A program made the position numbers and the translations under genes. This document shows positions 57,891 through 64,000 of a stretch of 64,000 nucleotides of DNA, piece after piece. Positions within the stretch are counted from its first letter, which is position 1, and each line of letters begins with the position of its first letter. The DNA is from Candidatus Thalassarchaeaceae archaeon (GTDB lineage Archaea; Thermoplasmatota; Poseidoniia; Poseidoniales; Thalassarchaeaceae), in NCBI GenBank assembly GCA_023268715.1, contig JALRLV010000001.1:6383-70382 (forward strand), read 5' to 3'. Below the pieces are notes generated by a model that was not told the DNA's origin, did not search any database, and saw only the letters and a list, made by a program, of their open reading frames with translations.

Positions 57891-58425
57891 CTAATTCGTT
57901 AACATCTTGTCTGGTGTCTATGTTTAGGTGTAGATGAGGGTCTTCTACAGTTAACCTATCTGGGCTGATTATATCACGTAATGGAGTGTCTGGTTCAGCC
58001 AGCAATGTATTCTCGCAATCGTCAGAAGTTATTGCAATGGGGTGGCCTCCTTTTTCATTTAAGATCGGAATCGTTGTGTCGTTGCATTCACACAGTTTGT
58101 TTACAGTATCTAGACTAAACCCCGGCCTGTCAACAGGCACGATTAACATAGGTTTGATGCCAATTGATTCAATTCCACATTGAATTGTTCCAGTACGTCC
58201 TAAATCTGGATTTGGATTTACTATCACACTAACATTGGGAAGTAATTTCTGGACTTTTTGTTTGAGTGAATTTCGAGTAACTACCGTTACCGAAAGACCA
58301 GCATTTTGCAATTTACTGCACACTAACTCAACAAGAGTTTGTCCTTTGATTTCAACCAATGCTTTGGGGCTACCTAGGCGTTTACTCGCCCCAGCGGCTA
58401 GAACAATCGCTTCGTCAATCCTCAT
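57868..58425 (-). CDS. Molybdenum cofactor cytidylyltransferase (MocA)-like NTP transferase
   Basis: IVLAAGASKRLGSPKAL, NPNPDLG, PVDRP, GGHP, NIDT; Xdh-family neighbourhood. Confidence 0.85.
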   Translation of the reverse strand: MRIDEAIVLAAGASKRLGSPKALVEIKGQTLVELVCSKLQNAGLSVTVVTRNSLKQKVQKLLPNVSVIVNPNPDLGRTGTIQCGIESIGIKPMLIVPVDRPGFSLDTVNKLCECNDTTIPILNEKGGHPIAITSDDCENTLLAEPDTPLRDIISPDRLTVEDPHLHLNIDTRQDVNELVKVAKQL

Positions 58426-60418
58426 CGGAATTTGCACTCCAAATCGAACTGCGATTGAAGTAAATTGCAACTCCAATAACTGGAACCAAGAAAATCAATA
58501 ACCCCAATAATACAATCAAAAACGGTTGATTACTCAATCCAATTTCCTGATTATTTGCTAATTCGTCGATTAGAATAACCCTTTTAGCATCGATAGGAGA
58601 GATGTGATCATCATCGAGGTATAATCTTGCAAAAATCGTAGAATTGCCAGAATTATCATGCGGTTCGAGTTCTAAACTCCAACTAGTCCAGTCTCCATCC
58701 TTTGAATCATCGTTTGCTTCTCTCCATTCCGCGCCACCTACTCGAATCTCAACTCTACCATCTGTTCCTGAAGGCAATCCACTTGCGATTCCGGTAATTT
58801 TGCTTTGATTTTCAATTATCTGCAGGGTGTCGATATTCATTGATACATTGAGTGTGCGATCAATACTTCCCGCTACCTCAACGAATACAACTGGATCTGC
58901 TTGGCCGAATCCAAACTCATTATCTGGCCGAGTCTCTATCAAACTACAGTCATTGAACCCAGGGTCGTCTAAGAGTACAATTTCTCTTTCAATTGAGTAG
59001 GCTGCAATGATGTCTTTGAATTCATAAGGAGTAATATCTGGATTTGCTTGAACCATCAAAGCCGCAATTCCTGCCATTAACGGAGTTGCCATGCTGGTTC
59101 CAGATTTACTAGTATATCCATCATTTGTTGCTGCATCTGGCGCCATTATACTCGACCCGATGGTGGCTACATCTGGTTTTACTCGCATGTCAGAAGTATA
59201 TCCTCTGCTACTGTAAATTGCTAGCCCTAGATCCTTATCCAAACTGGCTACGGTTACGGGTAAAGCGGCATCACCTGGGCTGTCAATTGTATTACAGCCA
59301 GCAAAAGTCGCTCCTCCAAATTCGTTCCCAGCAGACAGGGTCGTGATAATTCCAGCCTCAACAACTGCATCCATTTGGCGGCTCCAAGCAGAACTGCCGT
59401 CATTGTCAACATGAATCTCAAATTGTTGCTCTCCAAGCGAGGAAGTTAAGATATTGATGCCATATTTTTCTTTGTTATCTATCGCCCATTGAGCACCTTG
59501 CATAATGTCTTCAATATCACCATCACAACATGCTAAGATGTTTATCAGCCATGCACCGGGTGCTGCCCCCACATATTTCTCTCCTGTTGCAGGGTCTGTT
59601 TGTCCCCCGCCGCTACCTGCCGCAATACCCGCAACATGAGTTCCATGGGTGCCTGAGTCGTATGATTCTGAAGGGTCTAGTTCTTGATCAGTAAACACCG
59701 CATCGAAGAATGCAATGATTTTCGGGTCACAATCCGCGGGAATTGGTTCTGGATTTGGGTCTAAGGGGTCGGGGGGATCGTCGATACAGGTAAATGGGTC
59801 GTCATCCATATCATTGAGTCCTTCATGATCTCCTCTCACTCCAGTGTCAAGTACAGCAATCACCGCCCCAGTTCCATCTAATCCCAGGTCTTGCCAAACA
59901 GAATTAACACCCATGTTTGGAACCGCTTCGTTCATGTTTGGTTCCGCAAGTCCCAGATCTTCTATCATCACTACACCGGGCAGAGAAAGGATTCCATCAG
60001 GGTGTAATATTGATTCGAAAGGAGCGGAAGCCGCCACGGTATCCAGGTAACTGAATCTGAAAGTCACCTCAACATTTAGTTCTTCGAGCGCTGAAATATC
60101 TGCATCTGTGGGATGGTGATCGTAGTCAATGAATACTCTGGCACTTCCTGGTGGAGCTCTTTGCCACCATTCATTTTGTATTGCGCTAGGTTGGAGAATC
60201 AACCATTCAAGCCGATCATCAATAGAATTACCGTCTTTGTCTCTACTCCAATCGAGCCACCACTCAAAATGAATTTCAGGCTCAACTGAGGCGACCCAAT
60301 CTCCATTGAAATCTAGGCCACCTCTTTGTATGGAATCTTCGCTAATCGAAGAGGACACTAATGGGGAAATTAGCATAATCAAAATAATTGAGACATATAT
60401 GCCCCTAGTCTTACCCAT
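58415..60418 (-). CDS. Membrane-anchored S8 (subtilisin-like) serine peptidase
   Basis: VLDTG, HGTHVAG, SAGN, SGTSMATP; signal peptide and C-terminal TM; start set at ATG 60418. Confidence 0.95.
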   Translation of the reverse strand: MGKTRGIYVSIILIMLISPLVSSSISEDSIQRGGLDFNGDWVASVEPEIHFEWWLDWSRDKDGNSIDDRLEWLILQPSAIQNEWWQRAPPGSARVFIDYDHHPTDADISALEELNVEVTFRFSYLDTVAASAPFESILHPDGILSLPGVVMIEDLGLAEPNMNEAVPNMGVNSVWQDLGLDGTGAVIAVLDTGVRGDHEGLNDMDDDPFTCIDDPPDPLDPNPEPIPADCDPKIIAFFDAVFTDQELDPSESYDSGTHGTHVAGIAAGSGGGQTDPATGEKYVGAAPGAWLINILACCDGDIEDIMQGAQWAIDNKEKYGINILTSSLGEQQFEIHVDNDGSSAWSRQMDAVVEAGIITTLSAGNEFGGATFAGCNTIDSPGDAALPVTVASLDKDLGLAIYSSRGYTSDMRVKPDVATIGSSIMAPDAATNDGYTSKSGTSMATPLMAGIAALMVQANPDITPYEFKDIIAAYSIEREIVLLDDPGFNDCSLIETRPDNEFGFGQADPVVFVEVAGSIDRTLNVSMNIDTLQIIENQSKITGIASGLPSGTDGRVEIRVGGAEWREANDDSKDGDWTSWSLELEPHDNSGNSTIFARLYLDDDHISPIDAKRVILIDELANNQEIGLSNQPFLIVLLGLLIFLVPVIGVAIYFNRSSIWSANSDED

Positions 60419-60470
60419 AATCTGTCCAACCAGCACCCATGTTTGAGCATTAGGACTAGATGACTTGAGA

Positions 60471-62471
60471 CTATCCAGATTCGGATTGGTTGTGTTCTGA
60501 TTCAGATAAGATATCTCCGTCCATATCCTCATCACTATAATATTCGTCATCTTTTTCAAAGAATCCTCTCTCTCTAAGTTGAACGCCTGCAAAAATTAGT
60601 GCAGAAAGAAGGACGAGAACTAAAAGGGCCAAAATTCCGATTGCAAGCCCGATAAAGGAATTTTCAGAATCCGATTGTACAATTTTTTCTTCATCCATTA
60701 TGTGAATTCCTACAGCAAGATTAGTCGATGCTTGATCCCCGGATATCGCTCGTACGAGAATTACTTGGTCACCTTCTACTGTGTTATTGGGGAGGAATCG
60801 TAGTCTATCCACCAATAAGTCATGAGTCACCTGAAACTGCAGGTCACCAATTGCAAATTCAGATAAATCCATCCAATTATCCCTCATGTCCCAGGTTCGC
60901 CATTGGACTCTTTGTACTCCACCATCTAGATTGAAAATAATCGATTCTCCTTGCCCAATATGAACACGGTTATCTACACCGTATTCACTATCCAAAGTCA
61001 CATTCAATGACATGCTAAGTTGGTAGACGTAATTTGCGGCTTCCTCAACCGCAGGTTGTGCATTAACATGACCATGACCGTAGACGTTATTTTGCCTATT
61101 CTTTGGTACGAGGTCCTCGCCACAAGGCTCATTCGCCAACATGTAATGACATTGTCTGTAGGTAGAGGTTTCTTGCATTATATTCCTAACATCGAAAGGA
61201 CTCAAATCGGGATTGGCTTGATACATCAAAACAGCAACACCGGCAGCACCGGGTGTTGCCATGCTAGTGCCAGATAATGCTACGTAACCATCACCGGTAT
61301 TTGCATCTGGAGCGTTGACACTACTTCCTACGAAAGCCATATTTGGTTTAATTCGTCCTTCTTCAGTAGGCCCTTGACTTGAGTATATTGCGATAGCTGT
61401 ATCTTTATCCAAGGCGCCAATTGTAATCGCATCTTCTGCACTTCCCGGAGTCCCAATTTGAGCACTGAATGCTGAATTACCAGCGGCAATAAAGATTGCA
61501 ACACCCGCTCTCATCATTTCGTTTGCCATCCGGTTGACGGATTCTTGTTCTGAGGTTGTCCATTCGGATACTGCAGGCCCTCCAAGACTCATACTTGCTG
61601 CTCGAATGTTGAACTCGTGGCGCTTTTCAACGGTCCACTCCATTCCTGCCATAACTTGGGCATAGCTTCCACTTCCGCTACCGCTGAGAACTTTTACACC
61701 CACGAGATTTGCTTGTGGTGCGACTCCAACATGCTGGTATGAGGGTGCTCCAGTTCCCGCAGTTATTCCAGCGCAATGAGTTCCATGGCCATTATCATCG
61801 TAAGGAAAAATTTCGCTGCCATTGGTGGCCTGCGGGTTATTTATTGCATCGTAAAATGCAATTACCTTAGGGTCATCAGTGCTGTTATCGTCATCTAAAT
61901 CGTCTAGAGCAGTGTGGTTACCGTCGATTCCAGTGTCAATGATTGCCATGGTTACACCGGCCCCGGTATAACCTGTATCCTGCCAGACTAAGTCAACACC
62001 ATGAGCGGGAACTACGTCCTCCATTTGAACCTCTAGTCTGCCATCTAACTCGATGAATACAACACCTGGTAGTTGAACCAAATCGTATATTCTATCTAAT
62101 TCAACAGTTCCTGCAATCGAATCAATCAACCAATACCTGAATTGTGTCTGAAAATCTAATTCATTTTCTAGCATCTTTTGATCATATTCAGTTGGTGTGT
62201 GGTCAAAGTCAACGATTACTGAAATTCGACCATTCTCATCGAGGTATTGATAGTGATTGTTTTGTGTAGCAATCCAAATTGCATCGTGAATGTAATCTCC
62301 ATCTTTGTCCATTGGGGTGTCTTCCCACCAATCACCAATCTGCTCAGAATAGGTTGGGGTGTGAGATGGACTTGACACGGATGGAGCCGCTGCTGCAAGT
62401 GCGGGAACAAGCATCATTCCGAGTATTGTGATTGCAATCAATCTGGCACGAATCTCATCAGATGCAAACAT
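60471..62471 (-). CDS. Membrane-anchored S8 serine peptidase (tandem paralog)
   Basis: IIDTG, HGTHCAG, AAGN, SGTSMATP; C-terminal TM plus acidic tail. Confidence 0.95.
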   Translation of the reverse strand: MFASDEIRARLIAITILGMMLVPALAAAAPSVSSPSHTPTYSEQIGDWWEDTPMDKDGDYIHDAIWIATQNNHYQYLDENGRISVIVDFDHTPTEYDQKMLENELDFQTQFRYWLIDSIAGTVELDRIYDLVQLPGVVFIELDGRLEVQMEDVVPAHGVDLVWQDTGYTGAGVTMAIIDTGIDGNHTALDDLDDDNSTDDPKVIAFYDAINNPQATNGSEIFPYDDNGHGTHCAGITAGTGAPSYQHVGVAPQANLVGVKVLSGSGSGSYAQVMAGMEWTVEKRHEFNIRAASMSLGGPAVSEWTTSEQESVNRMANEMMRAGVAIFIAAGNSAFSAQIGTPGSAEDAITIGALDKDTAIAIYSSQGPTEEGRIKPNMAFVGSSVNAPDANTGDGYVALSGTSMATPGAAGVAVLMYQANPDLSPFDVRNIMQETSTYRQCHYMLANEPCGEDLVPKNRQNNVYGHGHVNAQPAVEEAANYVYQLSMSLNVTLDSEYGVDNRVHIGQGESIIFNLDGGVQRVQWRTWDMRDNWMDLSEFAIGDLQFQVTHDLLVDRLRFLPNNTVEGDQVILVRAISGDQASTNLAVGIHIMDEEKIVQSDSENSFIGLAIGILALLVLVLLSALIFAGVQLRERGFFEKDDEYYSDEDMDGDILSESEHNQSESG

Positions 62472-62546
62472 GGTGACCAGCACTATGGCATCGAGAAGGT
62501 AATTTCAATAAAGCGGTCAGTTGACTATCCAGCCTTAAGGGCTGAT

Positions 62547-63695
62547 TCAGAGGTCTCTGACCATTTCTCTTCCAATAATCATCCGTTGAACCTGGCTACT
62601 TCCTTCGTAAATTTGTAGGACCTTAGCAGCGCGCATCAGGCGGGCAACTGGATATTCTTCTGAGTAGCCATAGCCACCGAAAACTTGCACTGCATCAGTA
62701 GTAATTTCCATACAAGAATCAGCAGCAAATCGCTTCGCGTGAGCTGCACTTTCGGTATTCTTGATTCCATTATCGACTTCCCATGCGGTGCGCCATGTAA
62801 GCAATCTGCTAGCCTCGATTTTTGTTTTCATATCGGCCAACATGAATTGGATAGCCTGATGCTCATGCAATTTCTTGCCAAATGTCTTGCGTTCATCGGC
62901 ATATTGGAGCGCATATTCGTATGCGGCTCGTGAACATCCAACGGCTTGTGCAGCGACACAGGGTCGTGATAGGTCGAAGGCCTTCATTGCATTGAACCAA
63001 CCCGCTCCCTCAACACCGCCGATCAGATTTTCAACAGGTACATGGACATCTTCGAAGATTACAGCTCGGGTGTCTGAAGCTCTCTGACCCATATTTGTCT
63101 CTTTTTTCCCAAGTGAAACTCCATCCCATGAACTTTCGACGATAAATGCGCTCATTCCTTTGTACCCAGCTGATTTGTCGGTGTATGCCAAAACGAAGAA
63201 CCAATCTGCTTGTCCCGCGCCAGTAATCCACATTTTCTGTCCATTTAGGATGTAATGGTCGCCATCTCGGACGGCGGTAGTTTGAATGCTTGCAACATCA
63301 CTGCCAGCACCAGGTTCGGTTACACAATAGGATGCAATCAAGGGCTTTTTCACCAAGCGTCCGAGGTATTCAGTTTTCTGTTCCTCAGTTCCTCCAGTAA
63401 TTACCGGGCCGACAGTTAATCCGTTAGAGTATGCTGCTGTCCCAAACCCGGGGTCCCCCCAAGAAAATTCTTCACACACCAACACCTCGTCAAGTATGCC
63501 CATCCCCATGCCTCCGTATTCTGAGGGGATGTGTAGGTTGGTTAGGCCTAGTGCATGAGCCTCTGCGATCGCTTCGGTTGGGAATTCAGAATTAGCCTCC
63601 CAATGCTCAGCATTTGGCCGAACTGTATCTTTTACAAATTCGTGAGCCAACTCACGAAGCATCTCCTGTTCCTCGGACAATGCGAACTCAACCAT
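62547..63695 (-). CDS. Acyl-CoA dehydrogenase (MCAD-like)
   Basis: YCVTEPGAGSD, LNGQKMWIT, MGQRASDT, RKTFG, QVFGGYGY, QIYEGSSQVQR. Confidence 0.96.
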   Translation of the reverse strand: MVEFALSEEQEMLRELAHEFVKDTVRPNAEHWEANSEFPTEAIAEAHALGLTNLHIPSEYGGMGMGILDEVLVCEEFSWGDPGFGTAAYSNGLTVGPVITGGTEEQKTEYLGRLVKKPLIASYCVTEPGAGSDVASIQTTAVRDGDHYILNGQKMWITGAGQADWFFVLAYTDKSAGYKGMSAFIVESSWDGVSLGKKETNMGQRASDTRAVIFEDVHVPVENLIGGVEGAGWFNAMKAFDLSRPCVAAQAVGCSRAAYEYALQYADERKTFGKKLHEHQAIQFMLADMKTKIEASRLLTWRTAWEVDNGIKNTESAAHAKRFAADSCMEITTDAVQVFGGYGYSEEYPVARLMRAAKVLQIYEGSSQVQRMIIGREMVRDL

Positions 63696-63758
63696 GATGC
63701 CGCCAGAGGCCTTCCTGCCTTAGCCGTTAGGGCAAGGAAATCGCACAATATGCACTCC

Positions 63759-64000
63759 TCAAACTAAAGTTGTGCTGTAATAGAGGAATGACATGTAGGC
63801 AATATATCCGATTACCATAGTGGCACCCACTCTCCGTCCAATTTCTCTATCATCGAGTAACATAGCCGCAACCAAGCTAGATGTTAGGATCACCACCCAT
63901 ATGTCTCGCCCCTCGAACTTTGAGGCGATTTCGATGCCCCCTCCGATTACAGAAGTTGCGCCAAGTATTCCAAGGATATTCATTACATTGGAGCCCAATA
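63759..64000 (-). CDS. Calcium/sodium antiporter (YrbG-like); 5' part lies outside the window
   Basis: IGSNVMNILGILG alpha-repeat followed by two TMs. Confidence 0.8.
   Translation of the reverse strand, partial: LGSNVMNILGILGATSVIGGGIEIASKFEGRDIWVVILTSSLVAAMLLDDREIGRRVGATMVIGYIAYMSFLYYSTTLV

Noticed and set aside
1..64000. CRISPR array, rRNA, IS or prophage genes
   Set aside because: No regularly spaced repeats, long non-coding tracts, or transposase/viral hallmark motifs seen by eye

Overview
Gene-dense archaeal chromosomal segment. Gene content (archaeal RqcH, Gar1, the AroA'/AroB'/GHMP-AroK shikimate route, HTH-10 regulator, PGF-CTERM-like anchors, bacterial-type GpsA, membrane-anchored S8 peptidases, giant acidic surface proteins) points by inference to Marine Group II Euryarchaeota (Ca. 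Poseidoniales). It holds about 47 CDS and two tRNAs (Gln-CTG, Leu-TAG); I saw no CRISPR, integrase or IS. Strongest candidate for an undescribed system: the 'PhnD/C/E-like' ABC operon at 26909-29676. Its lipoprotein binding subunit reads as a single-lobe transferrin with all four Fe3+ ligands (D91, Y119, Y201, H252) and the carbonate-binding loop. Two DtxR-type palindromes (TTTAG-N6-CTAAA) sit in its promoter, and a third of the same geometry precedes a putative metal exporter at 56646. Other highlights: a Gar1 protein fused to two RanBP2 zinc fingers and an RGG tail; an hcrCAB-like molybdoenzyme locus with XdhC and MocA; an LDL-receptor-class-A-repeat surface lipoprotein; a probable ATC start codon; a small islet at tRNA-Gln. 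All family assignments come from motif recognition by eye, not from database searches.
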